DNA from: a virus
Lineage: Duplodnaviria > Caudoviricetes
Reading direction: 5' to 3' (one strand)
Length of the DNA: 64,000 bases
Virus record (IMG/VR): IMGVR_UViG_3300010340_000454
Coordinates: 32,001 to 96,000 of that record
In this document: in pieces, positions 56,367 through 64,000 of the stretch
Layout of the letters: each line of letters opens with the position of its first letter
Numbering within the stretch: position 1 is the first letter of the stretch
Notes under the pieces: model-generated
Seen by the model: only the letters and a program-made list of their open reading frames with translations
The model's database searches: none
What the model was told of the DNA's origin: nothing
Position numbers and translations under genes: made by a program

Positions 56367-58570
56367 ATGCTAACTGCCTAAACTGTAGCAAGTTTATTCA
56401 GTGCAGCTATCCTAATAAACGTGGGTCCTATAAATGCGATAAGTGGTCCGAGGTCAAGCTTAGAGACGGCCTGCTAATTAGCTTTGATGCAGATGAAGAA
56501 AAACTCTCCTTGCCTAGCCTATCAAAAGCAGACCTACACTTCGACGAAAACAAGCTAGATACTGCCTTCGATAACATGGAGGCTTACTTGGATGAGGCTC
56601 TTAACAACAAACTTCCTGTTCCTAAAGATTTTAAGTTTGACGATCGAGACTTGCCTCTAGCCAAGAACATGCACGACTTTATCACTAACCCTGTGTATGG
56701 TTTCAGAGAGTCTACACTATTTTCTAGGCAATTGTGGATGGCTACTAAGCTGTTTGGTGAATGGTGTTATGACTGTACCAAAAATAGACATAAGAATTCT
56801 AGCCAGACTAACAAAGTAAAGAACCCGATGAAGGATGTCAGGAACATAAAAATCAGGGCAACTATGGAAGACTTTGCTGATAAGGTACAACTGCTAGAGC
56901 ATGGAGTGTGCCCTAAATGCGGAACGAATAAGCTAAAACTGTATAAGGAAAAGAAATTAAAATTCTACACTGAGTTAGCTGTATGCGCAGGGCAGCGTTC
57001 CGGTAAGTCTATTGTTACGTCGTTCCTGTTTGCCTACCACACTCATCGCCTGCTAAAGTTGCAAAAGCCTGCACAGCTATTAACAGGTGCCTCTAACACA
57101 TTGCTCACCATTTCTATGGTCTCTATTGATAAAGGCGGCGTTATGCGAAATCTTTGGATGCCTTTCTACGCCGCTTTAGAGGATAGTAAATGGTTCCAAG
57201 AATACCACAGTATGCTGTCACACTATGGTAAGAAGTACGGTGAGGAAGGATTCAAACAGATGGATACCTTTCTCCACTACAAACATAGAAGGCTCTACAT
57301 TCACCCTACAGTACCTAACCAACGTGGCCTTCGCGGTGCTACTCGAATAGGATCCGCAATCGACGAACTTGGTTGGTTTGACGCAAACTCTCCTGATAAG
57401 ATTACCCTGTCGGCAGACGGTATTTACGAATCGCTTAACCGCTCTATGCTTACAACTAGAACGAGCGCTAGAAAACTATTCAAGTCCGGTTACTTCGATA
57501 TACCTACAGGATTTTCTTTCAACATTTCCAGCCCGTCTTCTACCGACGACAAAATAATGCAGCTAGTTACTAAGCACAGCCACAGTAAGACGGTTCTAGC
57601 CGTACATGCGCCTACGTGGGAACTAAATCCTAACGTACCTCGCAAAGACCCTGAAATTCAAAAGGCCTACAGCGAAGACCCTATTGCGGCTGACCGAGAT
57701 TATGGAGCTAATCCTCCTTCTCGTAATGGATCGCCTTTCATATCAAGTCCTGCTTTGATTGAAGACGCCTTTACTAACAAGAAAAATACAGTGGAATACA
57801 GATATGAAACCAAGAAATCAGAGAAAGAAGACGGAAAAATCTATAAGGCAGCACAAGCAACGATTCACGCCCCTAGTGTCGTTAACGGCTCTGTCCTTGC
57901 TATTGACGCTGCTTATTCTGATAACTCTTTCGCTATTAGCGTAGGTCACCTAGAGGAAAAGAAAATTGTATTTGATGCCTTAGTGGAAATTATTCCAGAT
58001 AAAGGCAGAAATGTGTTGAACCACGCCCGAATTGTCAAGAATATAATCGAACCTATGATTCGTGCCTACAACGTGAAGTACGTGGTAGCTGACCGTTGGA
58101 ACTCTCTGTATTTGCTCCACAAATTTATGGAAGACTTTCCTCAACTAGTGTCTGCGGAACAATACTCAGTTAAGTACCAAGACTTTGTAGAGTTCCGCTC
58201 CTACGTAGAACACCAAGGCATCGTTTTTCCTAAGCTGGAATCAGACGATAAACATTTCTATATAAATGGCATAGGTAAGGAAGGGCAGTTCTATCCTAAC
58301 CTGTTCGATTATAAACCTGTGTGCCATTTGTTCCATCAAATGCTAACTGTTCAAGATGGAAAGAAGACCGTTGAGAAGGCACATAAGAAAACGGATGACC
58401 TATTCCGATCTGTTGTATTAGCTAGCGCCTACCTATTAGATGCAGACGTAGTACCTAACCTAGCCGATAAGAAAGTTAACTATAATAGAGGCGTTGCGGC
58501 GCTAGCTTCTGGAGGCGCGTCTACTAATGTGGTAGTTAATGGTAGAGGAAAAGGTATTGCTGCTATGTAG
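56363..58570 (+). CDS. terL: Terminase large subunit
   Basis: Walker A GQRSGKS, Walker B IDELG, ISSP, PTWELNP; nuclease motifs AIDAA..D, DRWNS and DDL. Confidence 0.92.
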   Translation: MNANCLNCSKFIQCSYPNKRGSYKCDKWSEVKLRDGLLISFDADEEKLSLPSLSKADLHFDENKLDTAFDNMEAYLDEALNNKLPVPKDFKFDDRDLPLAKNMHDFITNPVYGFRESTLFSRQLWMATKLFGEWCYDCTKNRHKNSSQTNKVKNPMKDVRNIKIRATMEDFADKVQLLEHGVCPKCGTNKLKLYKEKKLKFYTELAVCAGQRSGKSIVTSFLFAYHTHRLLKLQKPAQLLTGASNTLLTISMVSIDKGGVMRNLWMPFYAALEDSKWFQEYHSMLSHYGKKYGEEGFKQMDTFLHYKHRRLYIHPTVPNQRGLRGATRIGSAIDELGWFDANSPDKITLSADGIYESLNRSMLTTRTSARKLFKSGYFDIPTGFSFNISSPSSTDDKIMQLVTKHSHSKTVLAVHAPTWELNPNVPRKDPEIQKAYSEDPIAADRDYGANPPSRNGSPFISSPALIEDAFTNKKNTVEYRYETKKSEKEDGKIYKAAQATIHAPSVVNGSVLAIDAAYSDNSFAISVGHLEEKKIVFDALVEIIPDKGRNVLNHARIVKNIIEPMIRAYNVKYVVADRWNSLYLLHKFMEDFPQLVSAEQYSVKYQDFVEFRSYVEHQGIVFPKLESDDKHFYINGIGKEGQFYPNLFDYKPVCHLFHQMLTVQDGKKTVEKAHKKTDDLFRSVVLASAYLLDADVVPNLADKKVNYNRGVAALASGGASTNVVVNGRGKGIAAM

Positions 58571-58589
58571 TCCGTAGCAGCTTTTCCTA

Positions 58590-58606
58590 TTTCTGACTAA
58601 TTTTAT
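58590..58606 (+). promoter_or_regulatory. Putative late-promoter motif A (TTTCTGACTAATTTTAT)
   Basis: The identical 17-mer occurs at 63834; this copy is upstream of the portal operon. Confidence 0.65.
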
Positions 58607-58631
58607 ATTAGAAACTACGAGGACATGTAAT

Positions 58632-58826
58632 ATGGAACGCATAAATCCTTTGGTGGCTGCTGCTACCAACCCTGAGAGAATTAAAGAGACAGCAAAACAC
58701 AATACGTTAGAAAGCGTAGAAAACTGTCCTGTGTGCGCCAAACAGATGCGCGTAATTTTGGCAAACAAAATTCCTTCCTTTGTTTGCCTAGCTGACCGTA
58801 TTTCTTTTCCAACAAAAGATGATTAA
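58632..58826 (+). CDS. Small Cys-motif (zinc-ribbon-like) protein
   Basis: CPVC...C motif; GAGGA RBS. Confidence 0.6.
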   Translation: MERINPLVAAATNPERIKETAKHNTLESVENCPVCAKQMRVILANKIPSFVCLADRISFPTKDD

Positions 58827-58829
58827 GCC

Positions 58830-60659
58830 ATGTTGAAATTTCGAGGCTCTGTTTCCACCAAAGTTTCTGATGGTAAAATAAAAGTTGTTTCTTCCACAAA
58901 AAGTATCCGTCAGAAGTCACTAGCTAAAGCGTCAGGTAGTGCCGAGCTTGCTAACTTAGGTGGGCTTGGTAGTCGAAACTCTGTATCAATGAGTACGATT
59001 GGCGGTAGCCAACGTAACAACATGGACTTGTACTTGATGGGTCTGTTAGATGACTCTCAAGAAGCACTACTCCATAAGTACTACAGAGACATTTATTATT
59101 ACGACCCCGTTGCAGGTTCGGCGGTAGACCTACAGTCTTCACTACCTTTCAGTGACTTCGATTTAGTCGGAGCGAAACCCGAACAGTTGCATAAGTACAA
59201 CTCCGCTATAGCTCGCCTAAATTTTAAGTTGATGAACCGATTTATCAGCGCAAACTATTTGGTTTATGGTTCGTTTACAGGCACAACGGTATATAACCGT
59301 CAGCAAAAGATTTTTACAGACCTTCTTCCCTACGAAGTTGAGGATTGCGCTTTTCAGTATAATCCTTTTGCTAGTATGGACCCTATGATTACGGTCACTC
59401 CTAACAAGGAACTGCAGGAGTTCCTAACCTCTGAAGAGGAGGTAGTCAAGAATTTACGCTCACAGATTCCTAGTAGCCTTATAGATGTAATGAATAAAGG
59501 GGAGTTTGTTCTAGACCCCCTAACAACATTATTTCTGGCTCGCCGTGGTATGGATGCCAATAAACCCGTGTCCTACTATAAGCGTATTTTGCCTTTGTAT
59601 CTCCTAGAAAAGACCTTGCTGCGCGGCACATTAGTAGAAGCAGGAAAACGCCAGCGCAGTTTGTTACACGTTCAGGCAGGCGATGACAACTGGGAACCAA
59701 CACCAGAAGAATTGCAAGCTTTAGTATCCTTGTTCCAGCAGGCCGACTTAGATCCGTTAGGACCTATCATTGCCACTAGACAAGGCATTTCCGCGAACGA
59801 AGCTCGACAAGGCGGGGACTTCTGGAAGTATACAGACATAATCGACATTACCAACGGATTGAAACTTAGGGCTCTTGGTATCAGTGACACTTTCCTATCA
59901 GGTGAAACTTCTTACGCAACCGCTGAAGTTGCTCTTTCTGTTTTTATCGAGAACTTGAAGGCGTACCGAGACTACTATACGCAAAGTATTTTCTACAACA
60001 AATTATTCCCCGTTATCGGAGCAGTTAATGGATTTGTAAGAGAAAATCCTGGGGATAATTTCTCTAAAGCTCAGAAGAGTGGGGATTTGGGAACTAGTGT
60101 AAAAGACTCCAGTAACTATATTATTCCTCAGGTGCGCTGGCATAAATCCCTAGAGCCAAATAATGACAGGGACACGTATGAAATGCTAGAACAGCTTTCG
60201 GAAAAAGGTTTCCCTGTTACCTTGCGAATGATGGCAGCTTCTGCTGGACTTCGTGTAGAAAACATTATGAATGAGCTTGAAGAGGACCTGAAAATCCGCA
60301 AGAAGTTTGCGGAGTACAACAAGAGGGTTCAAGAAGCCTCAGGCCAAGGAGACGAGGGGGGTCAAGAAGGCTATGGTGACCAAGGAGGAGACTATGAGGA
60401 TGATATGGTTGACGACGTTGGCGGTACTGAAACGAGTAGCCTAACTGCTTTCTCTAGACTACAGCTTAAAGGTGCCTTCTCTCGTGAAATGGGGTCTAAC
60501 TCCGAGGTTGTAGGTCGCACAAAAACAGGCAAGCCTAAGTACGTTATGAATCAGCGAGAGGCATTAAGAAAAGAGAACGCGGCTATTGCTAAAGCGGCAG
60601 GTAACCTTACAGACCCTGCTTACCGAGAAGCTATTAGAAAAAAGCGTCGAGGTGGTTAA
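58830..60659 (+). CDS. Portal protein
   Basis: Downstream of TerL; YYYDPVAGSAVD, ALGISDTFLSGE.SYA patterns and an acidic C-terminal tail typical of portals. Confidence 0.8.
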   Translation: MLKFRGSVSTKVSDGKIKVVSSTKSIRQKSLAKASGSAELANLGGLGSRNSVSMSTIGGSQRNNMDLYLMGLLDDSQEALLHKYYRDIYYYDPVAGSAVDLQSSLPFSDFDLVGAKPEQLHKYNSAIARLNFKLMNRFISANYLVYGSFTGTTVYNRQQKIFTDLLPYEVEDCAFQYNPFASMDPMITVTPNKELQEFLTSEEEVVKNLRSQIPSSLIDVMNKGEFVLDPLTTLFLARRGMDANKPVSYYKRILPLYLLEKTLLRGTLVEAGKRQRSLLHVQAGDDNWEPTPEELQALVSLFQQADLDPLGPIIATRQGISANEARQGGDFWKYTDIIDITNGLKLRALGISDTFLSGETSYATAEVALSVFIENLKAYRDYYTQSIFYNKLFPVIGAVNGFVRENPGDNFSKAQKSGDLGTSVKDSSNYIIPQVRWHKSLEPNNDRDTYEMLEQLSEKGFPVTLRMMAASAGLRVENIMNELEEDLKIRKKFAEYNKRVQEASGQGDEGGQEGYGDQGGDYEDDMVDDVGGTETSSLTAFSRLQLKGAFSREMGSNSEVVGRTKTGKPKYVMNQREALRKENAAIAKAAGNLTDPAYREAIRKKRRGG

Positions 60660-61280
60660 ATGGTGAAGGCACTCCCAATTAAAATAAATTCGTTCAGACC
60701 TCGCCATCAAGTTTACTACGTAGGCATTGATGGCGTATTTAATGCAGGCGCCGACAAATACTATATAAGCAAAGTTCTTATGCAAAAGCTTATCCAGATA
60801 TGTTCCTATTGCAAAAAATATGGAAAGTCGGTTACCGCTGTATTAAATTCTAAAGTGGTTCCTGACTATATACCTAGCTTGTTGTCTACGTTAGGCGTTA
60901 ATCTTCTATCTGTCGTTAATGACCCACTAGCTACTATATACAGCGATTTCCTAGTTAATGAAGAACCCTCAAAGTTTATAGCCGACAACACCGAAGTTGT
61001 TATTGTTATAAAAGGAGAGGAAGATGACTATGACGTGGATACAGAAACTCCTTTGGTTTTTATAAAATACCCTACGCTAAGTACTAGAGAAAAGCGTACC
61101 GATGAACCAGGAGAGGTAGTCGAAGGCTTTAACGAAGTATTTCGTTCCAACAATAATCCGTATGGCGTATTCGATTTAGGTGAGCAAGGGCGTCGCGTGG
61201 ATGATGACTATATGGAGCGCATAATGCAGGCCCCTGAGCCTACAGGAATCCCTAAACCTTTACGTCGCAGCAGTTCTTGA
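60660..61280 (+). CDS. Hypothetical protein
   Basis: Abuts the portal stop codon. Confidence 0.6.
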   Translation: MVKALPIKINSFRPRHQVYYVGIDGVFNAGADKYYISKVLMQKLIQICSYCKKYGKSVTAVLNSKVVPDYIPSLLSTLGVNLLSVVNDPLATIYSDFLVNEEPSKFIADNTEVVIVIKGEEDDYDVDTETPLVFIKYPTLSTREKRTDEPGEVVEGFNEVFRSNNNPYGVFDLGEQGRRVDDDYMERIMQAPEPTGIPKPLRRSSS

Positions 61281-61289
61281 GGATAGATT

Positions 61290-62075
61290 ATGAGACTCAC
61301 ATCGCATAACGGCAAAAACTTAGAGTACAGTGACGCTATTGGCTTTGGTAAGTGCGTTATAGACGTACACAAAGGACTAAAAAACAAGGATATCCACCAA
61401 GTAAAAAATACCATAGTAGTTAAAGCTAGCTACAGTGACCGCGCAGCTAACAACACGTTTCAGGAAAAATTAGATATTTCCACTTGGCTTCCTTTTGCTT
61501 CCCCTAAGTACGATATTTCGCCTAACATATCGGACTACATTTTCGTTCCTGTATTCACTATACCGAGTGAGCTACCTAATCGTAACGGTGTGGCCTTTCC
61601 AACTAAAGCTCTGCTAGAGTTTAACGTGGAAGCAGGTATGCAGGCGTACAGAACGTTCAAGGGTAAGCCTGTCCATTATGAACATTGTAATCAAGACCCA
61701 CTAAAAGCCTACGGTGTGATCGCAGATTGCAGCCTACGTAAGTTGAAAGGTTTTGGTAACGGTAAAATCTGGAAGCACATGGAGCTTCTAGCTATCGACC
61801 GTAGCAAGAACCCGGGGTACGCCAATCAAGTGTTAAGCGGCGATATGAACTCCTATTCTATGGGAGCTATGGTTGGTAGGTATAGCTGTTCTATCTGCGG
61901 TGAAGGTCTAGGTAGGTGTAGCCACGTACAGGGCAAGCCAGGTACTGTAGACTTCCGCGAAATTAACGGCGAGCTTGCCTTTAAGAACGTCTGGGATATA
62001 TGCGGGTTTGAAACTTCTGGTGTTGCTACTCCTGCATTCCACGTAGCCAACTCTAACTGGCTGATGATGTTCTAA
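61290..62075 (+). CDS. Prohead maturation protease
   Basis: NRNG..F, KPVHYEH, SMGA (catalytic Ser), CSICG..CSH and FETS.V..PAF motifs. Confidence 0.85.
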   Translation: MRLTSHNGKNLEYSDAIGFGKCVIDVHKGLKNKDIHQVKNTIVVKASYSDRAANNTFQEKLDISTWLPFASPKYDISPNISDYIFVPVFTIPSELPNRNGVAFPTKALLEFNVEAGMQAYRTFKGKPVHYEHCNQDPLKAYGVIADCSLRKLKGFGNGKIWKHMELLAIDRSKNPGYANQVLSGDMNSYSMGAMVGRYSCSICGEGLGRCSHVQGKPGTVDFREINGELAFKNVWDICGFETSGVATPAFHVANSNWLMMF

Positions 62076-62368
62076 TGCGTGAGTTACCGCTAAGCGCAAC
62101 GTCTGCAACATCGCTAGCTATACAAAAGGTCGTAGTGGATTCAGGCTATAGGGTGCACGACCTTTTCCATTCTCCTCAGAACAGATGCGTTACACTAGTG
62201 GTAGACTTAAAAACGGTTAAAGCCTTGCCTAAGAAAAACCTAGATACTTTTGTAGCCAACCTATTGGAAAGCGTTCCTGTTATACAGGATATTTCCCTAG
62301 ACTTTATTATGACAAAAAAGACAGGTGGTTTTCCATCTTTTATCTTAAATATCTCAGAATGGAATTAA
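62075..62368 (+). CDS. Hypothetical protein
   Basis: Coupled to the protease gene by a TAATG overlap. Confidence 0.6.
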   Translation: MRELPLSATSATSLAIQKVVVDSGYRVHDLFHSPQNRCVTLVVDLKTVKALPKKNLDTFVANLLESVPVIQDISLDFIMTKKTGGFPSFILNISEWN

Positions 62369-62369
62369 C

Positions 62370-62918
62370 ATGAAGGAACTTATAACTAAAGCCTCTTCCC
62401 TAGTTACATCTTCTTTTGTAAGAAAAGGTGACGGCCTATACGTATCTGTAGTACCATCAGCAGCCTCTATAGACATTGTTTACCCAGCTATTCAGTCTAT
62501 TATGGATATAGGTCTAAGCTATACTGGGCTTCCTAACCTACACGTAACTGTTATCTACTCTTCTACAACCGTAAAAGACGTAGATGCCATGTATAGAAGC
62601 GCAGAGATTGACCCTGCTAAAAAATACTTGGCCGTCATCGAGCGCTTCGAGTACTGGGCAGGCCACAAGAATCAGGGTGTACTGGTACTTAAAATGAAGT
62701 CGCCTGCGTTAGAAGCTGTCCACTACTCTTTACGAGAAGATGGTTTTGAGGTTAACTACCCTGATTATCAGGCGCACATGACTTTTATTGATGATCTACA
62801 CGAACAAGGCTTTGACGAGGAGAAGTCCAAAAAGCTTTTACAGTTCCTAAACTCCACGTTTAGTTTAGCTGGAAAAACTTTAGAACTTACAGGGATGAAA
62901 GCGGAAGCCGTAAACTGA
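62370..62918 (+). CDS. acb1: 2H phosphoesterase, Acb1 / T4 57B-like anti-CBASS nuclease
   Basis: GLYV, LHVTVIYS, W..GVLVL..SP.L..H and YPDYQAHMT: two HxT motifs with 57B-like spacing. Confidence 0.8.
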   Translation: MKELITKASSLVTSSFVRKGDGLYVSVVPSAASIDIVYPAIQSIMDIGLSYTGLPNLHVTVIYSSTTVKDVDAMYRSAEIDPAKKYLAVIERFEYWAGHKNQGVLVLKMKSPALEAVHYSLREDGFEVNYPDYQAHMTFIDDLHEQGFDEEKSKKLLQFLNSTFSLAGKTLELTGMKAEAVN

Positions 62919-62960
62919 GGAGGCTAACATGAATATCACCGAAACCCATAGAGAGCTTAC

Positions 62961-63302
62961 ATGAAACATTCTCTAAATATGTTTACTGTTACCTTAGCTA
63001 ATAAAGCTTTAAGACGACTAGAAAAATCGAGTGTTACTCCAGAAAGTGCCGACATTTTTCAAGTGTATGTAGAAAACTACCTTGGACGCATGTTTGACTT
63101 TGACTTGTCCACTGATTACTCAGTAGCTACCAAAGAACTGTCTTTTGTTTTCACTAACATAGAAGGGGTCGGTTTTACTTCTTCCTTTCCTAAAGCTTTA
63201 GAATACGCATTCAACTTAACTAAAGGTCTTTCTGATATGGAGCTTCTTACCAAAGAAAGGAAAGCAGGCACTAAACAATCTTATGTAGTGAGGTTATCCT
63301 AA
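62961..63302 (+). CDS. Hypothetical protein
   Basis: 113-aa ORF coupled to an upstream mini-ORF. Confidence 0.6.
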   Translation: MKHSLNMFTVTLANKALRRLEKSSVTPESADIFQVYVENYLGRMFDFDLSTDYSVATKELSFVFTNIEGVGFTSSFPKALEYAFNLTKGLSDMELLTKERKAGTKQSYVVRLS

Positions 63303-63781
63303 TGCCAACCCCAATGCTCCAATCAATGGCGGCCCGCTCTGGCAAGTCTATAGCAGAAGTAGAAAAGATGTGGGATGAAGCTAAGTCCCAAGCTAAGGAC
63401 AAAGCAGACGTTAACGACTTCTATGCCTACACCACAAGCATTATGAAAAAGATGCTAAACTTGGATGATACTTCCACTGAGGCAGTTCCAGAAACGTCTG
63501 CGGTTAAAGTTAGTGGTAAGAAGTATGCCTCTATCTATGAGGTACCTAACATCTGGGTGTTGAACGTCGTTTCTAACGTGATTGAGGAAGCTGCCTACGA
63601 CCCTAAAACTGCTACGCTGTACCTAAACTTTAAGTCAGGCTCCATAAATGATTGGTATGCCTACCTTAAAGTTCCTATCAAGGTATTTACGGAGTTTAGC
63701 CTAGCAGATAGTAAAGGTATTTTCTTTTCTAAGAAAATTCGTAACGTATACGAAGGTGGGAAACTTCCTCCTATCAAGTAA
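63302..63781 (+). CDS. KTSC-domain protein with an additional N-terminal helical domain
   Basis: SNVI..AAYD..T.TLYLNFKSG..Y.Y..VP..F..ADSKG.FF..IR motif. Confidence 0.85.
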   Translation: MPTPMLQSMAARSGKSIAEVEKMWDEAKSQAKDKADVNDFYAYTTSIMKKMLNLDDTSTEAVPETSAVKVSGKKYASIYEVPNIWVLNVVSNVIEEAAYDPKTATLYLNFKSGSINDWYAYLKVPIKVFTEFSLADSKGIFFSKKIRNVYEGGKLPPIK

Positions 63782-63789
63782 GCCCTACG

Positions 63790-63817
63790 GCCTGAGTCTT
63801 AATACACTCAGGCTTTT
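63790..63817 (+). terminator. Rho-independent terminator
   Basis: GCCTGAGT...ACTCAGGC followed by TTTT. Confidence 0.8.
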
Positions 63818-63833
63818 CTATTTAAGTCTCGAC

Positions 63834-63850
63834 TTTCTGACTAATTTTAT
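63834..63850 (+). promoter_or_regulatory. Putative late-promoter motif A
   Basis: Identical to 58590-58606; lies after a terminator. Confidence 0.65.
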
Positions 63851-63884
63851 TATAACAAGACTTAGTTAATAGGTAATTAACAAT

Positions 63885-64000
63885 ATGAAAACTTTGGTCG
63901 TAACTTCCACGATAGCTAGTTATAAAGAAGCTTACCGCACCTTAGTAGTTGCGGATTCCTTTTCAAAGGAAGATGCTTGGTTCTTTAAAATGTCGAAAGA
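63885..64000 (+). CDS. 5' end of a gene running off the window (MKTLVVTSTIAS...DAWFFKMSK)
   Basis: ATG with an AGGT RBS, open to the window end; resembles the leader family. Confidence 0.6.
   Translation, partial: MKTLVVTSTIASYKEAYRTLVVADSFSKEDAWFFKMSK

Noticed and set aside
43975-58570. Inteins or introns in the polymerase, helicases or terminase
   Set aside because: The ORFs are continuous and no intein splice motifs or LAGLIDADG domains were seen.
88-62111. All other minus-strand ORFs and short out-of-frame + strand ORFs in the track
   Set aside because: They overlap well-supported + strand genes in a unidirectional, tightly packed region.
1-64000. Stop-codon reassignment or tRNA genes
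   Set aside because: Genes are full length under the standard code, TAA, TGA and TAG all end genes, and no cloverleaf was seen in the short intergenic gaps.

Overview
This window is 64 kb from a large, apparently lytic tailed dsDNA phage with a contractile tail (myovirus). Gene content and order are reminiscent of the RSL1/Lu11/PaBG/Y3-type jumbo myoviruses; this is a recalled resemblance, not a search result. Essentially all credible genes lie on the + strand. In order: tail fibre and appendage genes (1-7966); GH19 endolysin and holin; sheath, tube, chaperone, tape measure/transglycosylase, baseplate and fibre genes (9250-28125); head-associated and neck genes; an array of Lys-rich paralogues sharing an 'MKTLELAKKA...E(V/T)A' leader, interleaved with one intact and one deleted HNH gene (32634-38015); a 1621-aa SNF2 ATPase; a replication block (family A DNA polymerase with a UDG-like N-domain, beta-clamp, UvsW-like helicase, DnaB); then terminase, portal, prohead protease, an Acb1-like 2H phosphoesterase and a KTSC protein. 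No major capsid gene, tRNA, CRISPR array or integrase is evident. Five observations stand out. (1) A recombining family of proteins combines a conserved leader and motif with variable C-termini and looks like a capsid-targeted internal-protein system. (2) Three intact but catalytically degenerate homologues of 7-deazaguanine-pathway enzymes (QueE, class II GATase, FolE) sit inside the replication operon. (3) There is a probable +1 programmed frameshift in the tail chaperone gene. (4) Two phage-specific promoter-like motifs recur upstream of genes. (5) The Acb1-like gene lies in the head operon. All protein assignments rest on motif recognition by eye; no database searches were run.
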